Origin: Vicugna vicugna
Lineage: Eukaryota
Direction of reading: 5' to 3'
Assembly (NCBI GenBank): GCA_013265495.1
Contig: MU058531.1
Location: 674,678-738,677, forward strand
Length of the DNA stretch: 64,000 bases
The translations under genes and the position numbers were made by a program. The notes under the pieces are model-generated. The model ran no database searches, was not told the DNA's origin, and worked only from the letters and a program-made list of their open reading frames with translations. Shown piece after piece: positions 23,922-36,699 of this stretch. Every line of letters begins with the position of its first letter. Within the stretch, counting starts at the first letter, position 1.

Positions 23922-24764
23922 GTTTAGGCTATTCTTTTTGCCTAGGGTAGGAGGAAAAGAGGTTTGCTTAAGTTAATGTCAGTCACAAAACAATAGATAC
24001 CTGATGAGGAGAGAAGGAAACAGAAGGTAGAACAGAAGGTAGAAGGAAGATCATAGCATTGTAGTGATGCTAAAGCCAGTAGGAAAGTTGATCTGATCAG
24101 AGAAGCTGGAGAGAACTATATAACTATTGCCTGGACTGAAGAAAGAAGGAGGTGACCCTTTAATTTCAGGAATTTAGTCTCCTCATTAGTAAGATGAAAG
24201 ACTGAAGTAGATCAGAGACTTTGAAAACTTCTTCAAACTAAGACTTGTAGAGCCCAATATGTAAAGCAAATGAACCTACTGACTCTCTTGTTAAAGCTGC
24301 CATGAGGGTGTCACACCTCACAAGAATGATCAAGTCAACTACAATGCCCACATCTTTTCCCAAGAAATCATAACTTCAAGTGTAAGTATAAAGCCTCTTG
24401 GTAGACAAATATGAAGGCTTTTTCTAATTCTGACATTTTATGATTGTGTGACTTAATTTATCTTTGCTCCTGCTCTTAAGGTGCATATATGTCTACATAA
24501 GACTACTAATATTCCCATTTTAAGATGTCATTATCTATTGAGGACATCATCAAATTAAATGTATGTCAATTGTTCGACTTCCTAAAGAACCCCACAGTTT
24601 GGTTTAACATGATGTTGCTGTTTCTTTCTGTACAACAAATTAAAAATGGTTCATATTTGTTCAATTGTTTGACAGTTTCCTAAAAATTTTAAGTAACACA
24701 ATCCAGTAGGCCCGGTCTTCATGTCCACGTGAACTAAATTTCAGATTTGACTATGGGTGGATTC

Positions 24765-25150
24765 TGTCTTCAGGCTGCCAGAACAAAATAGTACAGATTG
24801 GGTGGCTTGAACAAGAGAAATTTATTTCCTCACAGTTCTGGAGACTAGAAGTCCAAGATCAAGGTGTCAGCATGGTCGTTGTCTGGTGAAGATTCCCTTC
24901 CTAGCTTGCAGATAACTGCCTTCTCACTGTGTCCTCATGGGGTAGTGGGAAGAAAGGGAGAGAGAGCAAGCAACGTCTCTGATGACAGTTCTTAAGAGGG
25001 CACCAGTCCTGCCGGGATGGCTCCACCCTCATGACCTGATCTACACCTAATTATCTTCCAAAAGCCCATCTCCAAATATCGCATTGGGGGTTAGGGTTTT
25101 AATATATGAATTTAGGGGAGACACTGAATATGTTAATTCAGTCCATAGTA
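24765..25150 (-). mobile_element. MLT1A-like MaLR LTR
   Basis: ctcacagttctggagactagaagtccaagatcaaggtg; ctccaccctcatgacct; ttcagtccatag. Confidence 0.92.
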
Positions 25151-26694
25151 AATCTCAAAGGTTATAATGAGAAGGACATCAGAAAAAAACAAAATAGATC
25201 ATTTCTAACAATTGGAGAAGAGTTATGTTTACTTTCTTTCCAAGATGTCTTTAGAAGCCAGCAAACAAAAATTATTTTTGTTTATCTTTTTTTTAATGTC
25301 ACATGAAATCAATTTTGCCATCATTGTTGTTTTTAATTTCTTCACCAAACTCCATCCTCCGAGTCAGACGTTTTTATGAAGCACTCTTCTTAGGTGACAT
25401 TGTTTGGCGGGCTAAAATAAAAATTCAATGGAAATGCTGCTGTCCTTGGGATGAATATATTAATACAAAGTATTGTCTTTTTTGTTTAATTTGCTTGATT
25501 AAATATAGGAAAAACTAGTGAAGCTTTTTTCCTCCCAACTCTACAGATTTGAGTTCCAACCCTAACGATCTGCTTTAAGGAACACGTATCTCGAGTATGA
25601 AGGTGCTCACAGAGGTTGCCCTTCTACAGTCACTTGAAATTGAGTTGCTTCTGAGAGACTGGCAGGCAGACTGACTGCAGGTTTTATATGAGGAAAACAT
25701 AGCCTGGGTAGTAATTGAGTTTGAGTTTTCATCAAAGGTGAACATTGTCCTGAAGATAAGTTTTCATCTTTGGTGACTACCTTGCTTCAGCTTCTAGCAC
25801 AAAGCTGGGTACCAAAAAGGCATTTGCTGTGGGTGTTCCAGTCATTTTATTGCCAGGAAGCATCCTCTGATCAGAGATTTAAGACCATTCAGGAAGATAA
25901 TACACAGAAATACTGAAGGGGGCTGCTACAGCAATTATCTTTTGAGAGTGAAAACTAAGCTTGTTCCTCCAAGGATAGTTGCAGTTGTTCTGCAGAAAGA
26001 AATGTCAGGCCATCTTTCACCACATTTTGTCATAGACAGCTGTGACACTTTATGCAGCAGTTCCTTTTATTTTTCACTCTTTTAACACCAACAATAAAGA
26101 AAGTTTACTCTTTGCTCTTTTAAAACCTCACAATACATAATGCATAGTCACTGCAATTATTCCCAGAAGGCAGCACAGTCTTGCATTTATCCCATTTTAT
26201 CACTCACCAGAGGATGCCATGTTTCCTATTAGTGGTAGTGAAATTGATGACATTATGTGTAATTTCTTCCAGATGAGCTGTAGCTCTTAACTTTCTACTT
26301 CAAAATACTGACTTATGCTTAAAGCAAGCCTAGCTTCTATAGAATGATTTCTCAGAGCAGAGAATTCAAGTCTAATTAAACACATCACTTCCCCATCAAT
26401 GTCTTCTCTGTGACCGAATGTTTCCTTAAGAGGGAGTCAGGTAACAAATCAAGTCTGGAAATAATTTTTAGGTTTTGTGTGGACATTAATAAAGATAGTA
26501 GTTTACTGATGCATACCGGTAGTCATGAGTGAACTAAAATAATTTGTAGAATAGTGATTTCTTTTTTTTCTACACACTGCAGTGAAGGACTTCTTGCTTG
26601 CTCTGCTTCATTTTACTTTCATAATCCTTTTTGGGGTTTTACTTGTATGTTGACCACAGAAATATGAGTTTAAAAGTATTTTTTTGGAATTAAG

Positions 26695-27212
26695 TGCTAC
26701 AATTTACCAAGTGCCTACTGTGTGCCAATGTGTTAAGCAGAACATATAGTTTATTTCTAATCCTCACAACCCTGTGTAAGAAAGTATTTCAGATTTATAA
26801 TCCCTTATCCAAAATCCTTGTAACCGTATGTGTTCCAGAATTCAGAATTGTTTGGATTTTAAAAGATAGTAAGATGCCTATATCACATGAATGCATGAAT
26901 ATAACCAAGTGAGATCTGGTACAGCATTCTGGAGGCAAATAAAATAATATTTGTAGTGAAACACATGAGTCATATTAAGTTGGATTAAACACACACACTA
27001 AAAGTGGTTCATCAGTTATCAATAAACTTGCAATATGTTTGCAAAATACTTTTCTCAGAGATTTTTGGATTCTGTACTTAAAAATTAGTTATTGTAGACG
27101 TTTAGGCAAGTTATTTACAGAGGTTAAACAATTTGCTTAAAGTTATACAGCTAGAATACAGCTAGATTGGGATTCAAACCTGGGACTGTCTGCATCCAAA
27201 GTCTATGTTCTA
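26695..27212 (-). mobile_element. MIR split by MER46C
   Basis: gtgcctactgtgtgcca...aatcctcacaaccctgtg, resuming at cagaggttaaacaatttgc...gggattcaaacc. Confidence 0.8.
26790..27102 (+). mobile_element. MER46C-like Tigger MITE
   Basis: aatcccttatccaaaatcctt...atgtgttccagaattcagaatt; tttctcagagatttttggatt...attgtagac. Confidence 0.8.
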
Positions 27213-27250
27213 ATAGATAAAGAGAATAAGACAGGTCAAAAATTATCTTG

Positions 27251-27617
27251 GAATAGAGAGCCCAGAAATGAACCCACAAACCTTTGGTCAACTAATCTTC
27301 GACAAAGGAGGCAAGAATATACAATGGAATAAAGACAGTCTCTTCAGCAAATGGTGTTGGGAAAACTGGACAGCAGCATGTAAAACAATGAAGCTAGAAC
27401 ACACCCTTACACCATATACAAAAATCAACTCAAAATGGATTAAAGACTTAAACATAAGACAAGATACAATAAACCTCCTAGAGGAAAACATAGGCAAAAC
27501 ATTATCTGACATACATTTCAAAAATTTTCTCCTAGAAGAAATAAAAGCAAGAATAAACAAATGGGACCTAATGAAACTTACAAGCTTCTGCACAGCAAAG
27601 GAAACCAGAAATAAAAC
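27251..27617 (+). mobile_element. Young L1 ORF2 fragment with open frame, running into the assembly gap
   Basis: [61 protein letters not shown]...[17 protein letters not shown] with no stops. Confidence 0.97.
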
Positions 27618-28575
27618 NNNNNNNNNNNNNNNNNNNNNNNNNNNNNNNNNNNNNNNNNNNNNNNNNNNNNNNNNNNNNNNNNNNNNNNNNNNNNNNNNNN
27701 NNNNNNNNNNNNNNNNNNNNNNNNNNNNNNNNNNNNNNNNNNNNNNNNNNNNNNNNNNNNNNNNNNNNNNNNNNNNNNNNNNNNNNNNNNNNNNNNNNNN
27801 NNNNNNNNNNNNNNNNNNNNNNNNNNNNNNNNNNNNNNNNNNNNNNNNNNNNNNNNNNNNNNNNNNNNNNNNNNNNNNNNNNNNNNNNNNNNNNNNNNNN
27901 NNNNNNNNNNNNNNNNNNNNNNNNNNNNNNNNNNNNNNNNNNNNNNNNNNNNNNNNNNNNNNNNNNNNNNNNNNNNNNNNNNNNNNNNNNNNNNNNNNNN
28001 NNNNNNNNNNNNNNNNNNNNNNNNNNNNNNNNNNNNNNNNNNNNNNNNNNNNNNNNNNNNNNNNNNNNNNNNNNNNNNNNNNNNNNNNNNNNNNNNNNNN
28101 NNNNNNNNNNNNNNNNNNNNNNNNNNNNNNNNNNNNNNNNNNNNNNNNNNNNNNNNNNNNNNNNNNNNNNNNNNNNNNNNNNNNNNNNNNNNNNNNNNNN
28201 NNNNNNNNNNNNNNNNNNNNNNNNNNNNNNNNNNNNNNNNNNNNNNNNNNNNNNNNNNNNNNNNNNNNNNNNNNNNNNNNNNNNNNNNNNNNNNNNNNNN
28301 NNNNNNNNNNNNNNNNNNNNNNNNNNNNNNNNNNNNNNNNNNNNNNNNNNNNNNNNNNNNNNNNNNNNNNNNNNNNNNNNNNNNNNNNNNNNNNNNNNNN
28401 NNNNNNNNNNNNNNNNNNNNNNNNNNNNNNNNNNNNNNNNNNNNNNNNNNNNNNNNNNNNNNNNNNNNNNNNNNNNNNNNNNNNNNNNNNNNNNNNNNNN
28501 NNNNNNNNNNNNNNNNNNNNNNNNNNNNNNNNNNNNNNNNNNNNNNNNNNNNNNNNNNNNNNNNNNNNNNNNNNN
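27618..28575. other. Assembly gap (958 N)
   Basis: Run of N. Confidence 1.
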
Positions 28576-28740
28576 GGGGTATGATCTTGGGAAGGCAGAG
28601 CAAAACAGAGGTCCAGCAGGGGGAGAAACATGATAGAAAAAAAAAAGCCAGTAAACTGAGTAGAGAAAGCGATAGCCATGACATATACTGCCCAAAGTTA
28701 GGCAGAGATGATGAATAGTCATCAGAAAGGGAAAGGTGAT

Positions 28741-28888
28741 GGGGGAAGGGTAATAGCTCAGTGGTAGAACATGTGCTCAGCATGTATGAGGTCCTGGGTT
28801 CAATCCCCAGTACCTCCATTAAAATAAATAAGTAAATACAAACCTAGTTACCTCCCACCAAAATTAAAAAACAAAATTAAAAGAAAAA
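28741..28888 (+). mobile_element. Camelid tRNA-derived SINE (Vic-1-like, long tail)
   Basis: A-box tagctcagtgg, B-box ggttcaatcc; TSD agaaagggaaaggtgat (28724-28740) / agaaagaggaaggtgat (28889-28905), 15/17. Confidence 0.95.
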
Positions 28889-29157
28889 AGAAAGAGGAAG
28901 GTGATAAGCCGAGTGGGAAGAGGGAAATAGAATGCTAAGCTTCCACATGCTCGAGTGGAAAAGAGAGGACTGAATGGGTTCTGTACAGACAGTAACATGA
29001 GGCTATGGGGATGACAGAAACCTGCTCATTGTATCAAAATTATCTCCAACTGCCATAGGTCCTGACTGTTTAGTAAATGATGCCTACTATGTGCCAAACA
29101 CTAAGGATAAAGCTATGGAAAAGATGAGCACGTATCTGCACTCCTGGTCCCCAAACT

Positions 29158-29345
29158 TTTTAGCTGTGTGACCTTAGCAAAGTTGCTTAACAACTCTACA
29201 CAAAAATCAGTTAATCTGTAAAATAAGGATAATAATATCTACCTCATAGATAGTAAATAGTGAGAATTAAAGGTATAGTACCTGGAGAGAACTTAGCACA
29301 GTGCCTAGCACAAAGCAAATGATGTGAAATCAGCCAATATTACTG
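29158..29345 (+). mobile_element. MIR
   Basis: tagctgtgtgaccttagcaaagttgcttaac...tctgtaaaataaggataataatatctacctcatag. Confidence 0.88.
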
Positions 29346-30559
29346 TAGGAATTGTATCATTCGAGACAACAGGTCACGCCAACCAAAGAAAAACTGTCCA
29401 CATTCCGGGAGTATGTGCAGATGTCAAACCAGAGTACAGAGTACCAACTTCTGGTCAGATATAATTGCTGTCCAATCAGCAACCATGGTGAATTTGCTCT
29501 ATTTTCAGCTCCAACCCTACTTGTTGTGCTCTCCTGACTGAGTCATTTAATAGCGTCTGCTTCCCTCTCTGTGAATGACTTCTGCTCTTTAACTCGAGGG
29601 TATTGGAGGAAGCTTTGGGGATAAATGAAGGAAAAATCATTGTTCTAGCTAGTACGCTGCTTTAGAACACTGGTTTATTTTGTTTTTTGTTTTTTGGTTT
29701 TTTTTAAAGAAAACTCTCTTGAACTTGTTGTTTGGAAGACTAGGAGAGACACACCCTGAAAGAAAACAAGTCTGTCTCACATCTCATACCTTGAATGAGT
29801 AGAGAGCGTATGGACCACTGCAGTGTAAGTGAAGGGAATTTGAATAAACATTGTTTTCCTCAGTCCTGTAGTAATATTCCCATTCAAAAGTATGGTGCTC
29901 ATGTGAATACAACTATTATTTCCTCCCAAGTCAAAAATTGAGATTTGCTTGGAGAACTGATCTATTTCAGCTGCTTTTTAGGACAGATTGATAATCCAAA
30001 GGACAATCATTTGTTTATGGCAACTGTCAGTGGCTCAGGGACCATCAATAATATGTTTCGTGCACAATTACTTTCATTGAAAACCACCTGTGGTTCTCTG
30101 CCCACCCGGGCAGTGTGGTTCTACAAAAGAAAAGAGTCAAGATCCAACACTGTGGGGGCACAATAGGGAAAGCAACTGATAGGAAATAGTTGACTGAAAG
30201 TACAGTGCTTTGTTGTATTTGCTACAAATGAAATGAGGAGAATCCATCTTTAAACCTCAGTGAGAAAGCCACCATCTTTATTACAAGAAAAACATACAGA
30301 AAATCTTGGATCATATAACTATAGCAGCCTATTGCCTGTGGGATACAGTTTCAAAAATTTTAGGGCAGTAGCCAAGGGGCATAAAACATTAGCTTTTGAC
30401 TGGGATGGAAAACGAAAGTCATGAGACAGCAGCTTAGTGAACAGAACTAACACTTCTCTTCCCAATACAGGCGCTCTCAGTCTGAATTTCCTCAACCACC
30501 AATCATTCTCCAGTCTCACTCAACCACCCGCAGGTCCCCAACCCTGCCTGCTGTGAAGT

Positions 30560-30918
30560 CTCTTTCGGTCTTTGAACATCTTGTTCCCTTTGCCTAAAAC
30601 TCCTTCCTGTGTTCTCTTCTCCTAATTTCATGGTTAACCCATACTTCATGTTTCATATTGTCACTCTGGGAAAGTTTCCCCGACCTCCTAAGTCTTTGTT
30701 AAGTGCCCCTCCTTTGTGTTTACATAGCACTTGTCCCTCTAAGTGATAAAACTTTCTCTCCTCTGTCTCTTCCACTTGACAACAAGCAAACTGGGGACAG
30801 AGGCTCTGTTCTACTCCTATTTGACTCCTCAGAGCCTAGTAGCATAGTGCTAGTCACACAGCAGACAGAACGTATCTGTGGGATGGTGACTGAATACATG
30901 AGGCTACTTGGATGAATT
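30560..30918 (+). mobile_element. L2 3' region
   Basis: tgttccctttgcctaaaac; tcactctgggaaagtttcccc; ggggacagagg...cctagtagcatagtgctagtcacacagcag. Confidence 0.7.
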
Positions 30919-31944
30919 TAATCAAAGGATTACTGATTTTCTAGTTCACTGTACATTGCCTATATCAACACCACAACAAAAATTTACTATATGTAGCTTA
31001 TAAGTGAATGCCATAGGGGCTTACATAGCCATCTGGATTCATAGCCATCCCAAGGCTGGCAGCTCCAAGTCAGCTCTAGATTATCTAGAGGTTCCAATTC
31101 TAGTTCAGAGTATAAGTAAAGTTATGGTTATAACCTCAACGACAGAAAACAAAAAGTCTTGACAAACCATTGGTAGTTTTGCTGATGAGAATGAACAGAG
31201 TAAAAAGAAGAAATCTCATTAAACTTGAAAGTATTTTTAGTCAGAGAACATTGACATTAGACTGTCAGAAAACCAAATGGAAGGGAATTGTGATGAACAG
31301 TAAATATGTTAGTGAAAATGGTCAAGTGAGATCATGATTCAAAGAACTGCCTACTATTTCTACCAAATCACTGTCTGGTTGCCCAGCAACCACTTCATAT
31401 GGGAGTTGCACAGCACGATGACAAATTAGATCCCAATCTCAGAAGTGGACTGAAAAGCCAAACCATTAAGCCCTGCAGTCTGACTTGCATTAGCTTTATT
31501 GCCTTATTAAATGGTGAATGAGTCTCATCTTTTGCCAACACAATAGATGAGGTCTGTCAAGAGAGCACACGATGCTGTGGGTGCTCTGAGATACCTTGGA
31601 TGTCTTTAGGATAGCTGAATTCATTATACATACAGACTTGGTTATCTGTGCTGTCCCAGATTCTTTCCAGTGCATTACTTAGTATACTAGTGATGAAAAG
31701 TGATATCTAGGCTAGCCCTTGCAGAAAAAGAAAGAGGACGTGTGTTTTTTGTGCCAGTTTTGAGTCTCATCTTCCTTCTGATCTCTTACTTCACTGCCTG
31801 CTCTCAAAAAGAAGGAAAACAGCAAACTGTAAAGCTAATGTTTTTATTAACATTTTTTTGTTAATCAACAGGAGAAAAGAACTGTAATGGAAAGTAGATA
31901 AAAGGACATCAACGAATTTATGTACAAAATGAACAAATAAAACC

Positions 31945-32215
31945 AAGTTACCATCTGCTAAAGATTATCCTACCATTCTCATATGTAACAAACATTCTTA
32001 TGTGTACTTGGGTTAATATACTGATTACTCATACGACTTAATTTTATGAGGTAAATACTATTAATTTCACCCTTATTTTGTAGGTGAGGAGACTAAAGAA
32101 TAAAAAGTTTAAACAACTTGATATAGATCAAATATCTATAAAGTGTCACAACCTGGACTCAAATCAGGCTTCCTGACTCCAAAGACCAGACTCTCAAAGA
32201 CGGAACAATGCTGTC
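31945..32215 (-). mobile_element. MIR
   Basis: ccttattttgtaggtgaggagactaaag...ctggactcaaatcaggcttcctgactccaaag. Confidence 0.75.
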
Positions 32216-32234
32216 TTTCAAGAATAAATGGAAG

Positions 32235-33230
32235 AGACAATAAGAACATTTTAAAAATGCTTATGTCTCTAGTAATCAAAGAATTACAAATCAAAACAAA
32301 CAGCAGCCTGTTATTTACCAACTCAGCTGTGATTTTAAACGATAAAATTCAATGTAGACAGTGTTTGTATAGCATTCAATGTGGGGAATCACTATTTTGT
32401 TCCTAACTCTTTGTTTAGTTGTTGTCACAGTGAAATGACAAAAAGTTGAGATGTAATAGTGATTCTCCATATGAATCACCTATATGCATACTTTCAGTGA
32501 GTAATCAGTACTTTTATAATTATTTACTTTTGTCCTATATTATTCTGATTATGTTTATTGAAATGTAATTTTATGTCTATTTAATCTACTAAAAAACGGA
32601 CTTTTAAAAAAATTCAGTGAAGATAAAGATAAAGGAAAACAAACTTTTAGAAACTGCTGATGAGAATATTAATATAAACCTTCTAGAGTGAAACTAGGCA
32701 TTATGCACTAGGAGTCATTTAAAAGCTTGTATCTTTTGACCTAGTCCAAGAAATCTATTCTAAAGAAATAATCAGATAATACTCTAAAGAAAGAACCAGA
32801 ACTTTAGGGAATAGCAAACATTAAAGAATATTTGCTAAAACATCAGAGTTGTAAATAATTGGAAGTAAGCTAATGTCCAAAATTAGGGGACCCATATGTA
32901 GCTATTAAAGAATATCTAAAAATTAATCATAGCATAGAAAACCTCAATATAACCTAAAGTGAAATTATCAGAATATAAAGTTATATGTTTATTTAATGAC
33001 CTCAATATTATACATTCAAACACACACGTGTGTGTGTATGTGCACACGAAGACACACATTCACAAACTTTCCAGGGAGAGAAGAGGAAAAGAATGCCTCT
33101 GAAATATATAAATGATTAGCAGTACTTATTTTTGGCTAATAAAATAATAGTTTATCATTCCTAACTTTATTTCTAAAATTTTTCATAAGCTTTTATTCTT
33201 AACATAAAAGTATTAAAAATAATAAAAACC
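32235..33230 (+). mobile_element. Ancient L1ME fragments (possibly interrupted by a hAT fragment at about 32400-32600)
   Basis: ctagtaatcaaagaattacaaatcaaaaca; cttttgacctagt...tctattctaaagaaataatc. Confidence 0.6.
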
Positions 33231-33505
33231 TGTACTAACCCCTAAGAATTCTCTTTGAGCCTGAATTAGATGACCAGAAAGCTAATCTACTCATGAATTA
33301 TGCTCAATTCTGTTATCCAGTGGTTTAACATATTTACCACCCCCATTTAACATTTTAATTGAAATAAATGCCTTCAGGGCTTTAAAGCAGGAGGCAATAC
33401 CAAAATTTCAGTTTCAAAAAATTCTCAGAGCAACACAGTGTTTTATAGTTTACACAGTCCTTTCTTATAGAATACAAAGCTAGTTCGACCCTAAGACAAC
33501 TTTTG

Positions 33506-33690
33506 TAATATTTTCTTACTATTGTTGTTGTTGTTTTTAATTATTTAATTTTTTTCTATTTTCTGGTGGTGGGGGGGTGTGGTAATTAGGTTTATTTATT
33601 TATTTATTTTAATGGAGGTACTGGGGATTGAACCCAGGACCTGGAGCATGCTGAACATGTGCTCTGTTCCTGAGCTATACTCTCCCCTAC
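33506..33690 (-). mobile_element. Camelid tRNA-derived SINE (Vic-1-like)
   Basis: aatggaggtactggggattgaacccaggacc...tgagctatactctcccc; TSD aagacaacttttg (33493-33505) / aagacaaattttg (33691-33703). Confidence 0.95.
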
Positions 33691-34049
33691 AAGACAAATT
33701 TTGAGTAGGCAAATTCCAATATTAAACAGAAGAAAAGGAGCAGACTTCACTGTTAGATTCCTGAGGACAGCATGTCGTCTCACATGTCACTCTCTCTATA
33801 CCCAGCACTGAACAAAGCAGATGAGAGGTTCCACCTGGCCAGGATCACATGGTTGGTCAGTAGGCGTGGGAGCAGGCGGGGGTCAAGGCCCAGGACTAGG
33901 ACCAAGCTCCTTTGATACTAAATCTGGCACATTTTCCATTAAACTATCAGAATAATCGCATGGTCTCTCTGAGGAACACAGCAGGAAGAGGGAGAGTTTT
34001 CACTTTCCTGAGCTCCTAATGTCAACAGAGGTAGAGAAGCATCATGTTT

Positions 34050-34230
34050 CATGTTGGCTTTGGAGTGGACCAAACTTGTGATTAATTCATAGCCACGTGT
34101 TTGCCACCTGATCTTTGCAAGTCACTTAACTTTTTGAACTCTTGGTCTTTTCATCAGTATAAAAGAATAGTAATGCTGACATCTGTAAGTCTGTTATAAA
34201 GATTAAGGCCTTGGCACAATGCCTATTGCT
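34050..34230 (+). mobile_element. MIR
   Basis: tgatctttgcaagtcacttaac...ttcatcagtataaaag...tggcaca. Confidence 0.65.
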
Positions 34231-35769
34231 GGCTCCTGCCGCCCAGTCCCCGACTGCCATGCCCCAGTGATGTACAGCACAGTCTTGGTTTAAGCCTACC
34301 CATCTTCCTTTCCCATTCAAGAAAACACTGACTTAAGCATCTTTCTCTAAGAAGTAGTATAGAATACAATGGATTTAAATGTTTAAAATATTCACTTTCC
34401 CTAAATAATTTTCTTATAACCCTGTACATTTGCTATAGAGTGTTCAAGCTAACATAGACCATCAAACCTCTTCCAATGCTAAAAATAAGAAGCTACTTGG
34501 ATAATGTAGCATCCAGTCATGTTCAGCTTAGAGAATGTTAACTGAGGAAATTGCAATTTTGACTGCAGGTGACCAGGGCCTTCTTAAATCTTTCATTTTT
34601 ATTATTTTCTTTTTTTGAACATGGAAAATCTGGACTGAAGATGTGGAATGGGAAAACGCACATACATTTTATCTTGTCACTCAGAGGGCTTTCTACTAAG
34701 CCTAAAAGCTTTTGGCTGAAGTGCAAAAACACTAGAGACTCATTTTGAATAGTAAGAGAAATTGAAAGGATTTCAACTCATCTGCAGTTCCAGTGGCTGG
34801 CAGGAGGTACCTTTTTTTAATTGATTTTTTAAAAGCATGCAAGTCATCAAGCTTGCAGATTTTAACCTTTCCAGTTGAGTATTATCAAACCTTCCTAAAG
34901 AATGAGACGTTTGAAAAATCCTAAATTATTTAGACTTTCACTTTGGAAGGGGGGAGTCTGGAGACATTGATAGTAATCCTAATGGAATGAAGGTTCCCAA
35001 ATGAATTTTAGATGTAAGGCCAATTCTTATCTGCTTGCCTGAATATAGCAGAGAAACCAAGGAAAGGCTCCTTTGAACAGGCCCCTGTCACAAGACTCTT
35101 ACAAGTTCCAAAATCAGGCTTTTTTGGTTTCCTCTTCTTTGCCCACATCTGCTAACCTTGTAGTGGGAATGTTTGAATAAAATGTCCAGTAACTCCAATG
35201 AGAGTCCAGGGAGTGATCTATGTATCAAAAGAACCCATCTTTTAAGAGACAGACTGCCACTGAATCGGGGTACCTGCAGGCAGCAGGGCTGGGTGAAGCC
35301 CTGTGGCGCTCCTGCCATTGGTCATTCAAGTAAAAAGATTCTAAATTTTAAGATGAAATGTGATGAAGTCCAACAGAACTCTCATCTTACCCTTCATGAT
35401 TATTTTCCCCTTCATGTGAGATATCTAGTATTAAATTATGAACAAATACTTCTGCTCATTCATTTTGAGGTTTCCCTTGCTTTCCTGGTTCCCTGAGCAT
35501 AAACTTTGTCTACCAGTTAGGTCATCAAGCACTGAAGAAGATAATTATTTTTCTAAAAATCCAGTAGTGCTAACCCATTTGTGTTGTAGAGAAAAAAAAT
35601 TATAATTCATGAACAATTAATTATTGTTTTACTTGCTCTTCTATAATTTTTGTTCACATGTCAGCTGGAACACAATAATATTGCTGTAAAATTACAATAA
35701 ATATTTATATAAAACACAAAGTATAGAAATATTACATAAAATTATGGGCTTTTATAGTACATTTTAATT

Positions 35770-35890
35770 CCCTGTGTATATGTCTGTATTCCCTGAAGGC
35801 AGAGAAGCAGTTTCTTTCTTTCTGGTAGCTTCTGTGCCTACAACAGTGCTTGGTAAACAGCAGGCACTCAATCAATGTCTGATAAGTGAC
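35770..35890 (+). mobile_element. L2 3' end
   Basis: ccctgaaggcagag...gtgcctacaacagtgcttggtaaacagcaggcactcaat. Confidence 0.75.
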
Positions 35891-36699
35891 ATGCAGATTC
35901 CAAGGACTCTAAATTGATTTTTTCCTGTTAGTATTATTGGTTCTATCTCTCATAATGAGAAGGAAATTTTCAAGAATTTCCATGATTGTCCAAGGCCAAT
36001 CAGTGGCAGAGACAGAAAAAGTTCTTAGATGGTCTTTCTGATGTTCGAAGAGAGTGAACTTTCCATGGCACTACCCAGTTTCCCAGCAATCACCTGCCTT
36101 AACTTCATGGTGACAATTAAATACTACAATGGTTGCAAACAACATAACTAGTCTTAGAGATGTGTCTGTTGAGAGAGCTGTAACAGAGCTGCTTCCTGTA
36201 AACTTAGCTACCCAGATTACTTATACTCACTCATAAATGTCGATATAAACATTTGGTTGTCAAATCAAATATTGCTAACTCCCCCAGGCAGAGGAATCAC
36301 TTTTTAGGCCAGGAGAAAACTCTCTCTTCTTCCTATTTCTCCTGGCTTCTCACCAATTTCCTCAAATCCTGGGCTGTTCAATAAATCTAAGGATTTGAGG
36401 TGGGGGAAATATATAAGAGAAACCAGAATTTCTTGTAGGCTGCTTCTGTTTCCCTCATCTCCCCGCTAAGGCAATAAAACACAGAGCCATATACTCATTT
36501 AAGTGAGTGGGGGGAGGACAAAAATGGTAGGGAGTGATAACAGAATGCCGGAAGAAAAATAAAATTGAGATCTCAAAACATCGTCCAGCCATAAATATAT
36601 ATGAAGTATACTTACAAATCAGGAAAAAGATAATTACTACAGCAAGAACATGAATAGAAAATTTACAAAATCATAAATGTAAAATATGGCCCATTTCTG

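Noticed and set aside
24010..24050. Short tandem duplication aacagaaggtag x2 (similar ones near 27146, 59797 and 63970)
   Set aside because: Ordinary slippage duplications.
25525..25620. Splice acceptor ttttttcctcccaactctacag
   Set aside because: Stops occur in all three frames shortly downstream and there is no good donor.
27268..28819. Four long ORFs of 384-463 aa
   Set aside because: They read through the N gap; the only real content is an L1 ORF2 fragment.
28741..28820. tRNA gene
   Set aside because: It has A and B boxes, but also an A-rich tail, TSDs and several diverged copies in the window, so it is a SINE.
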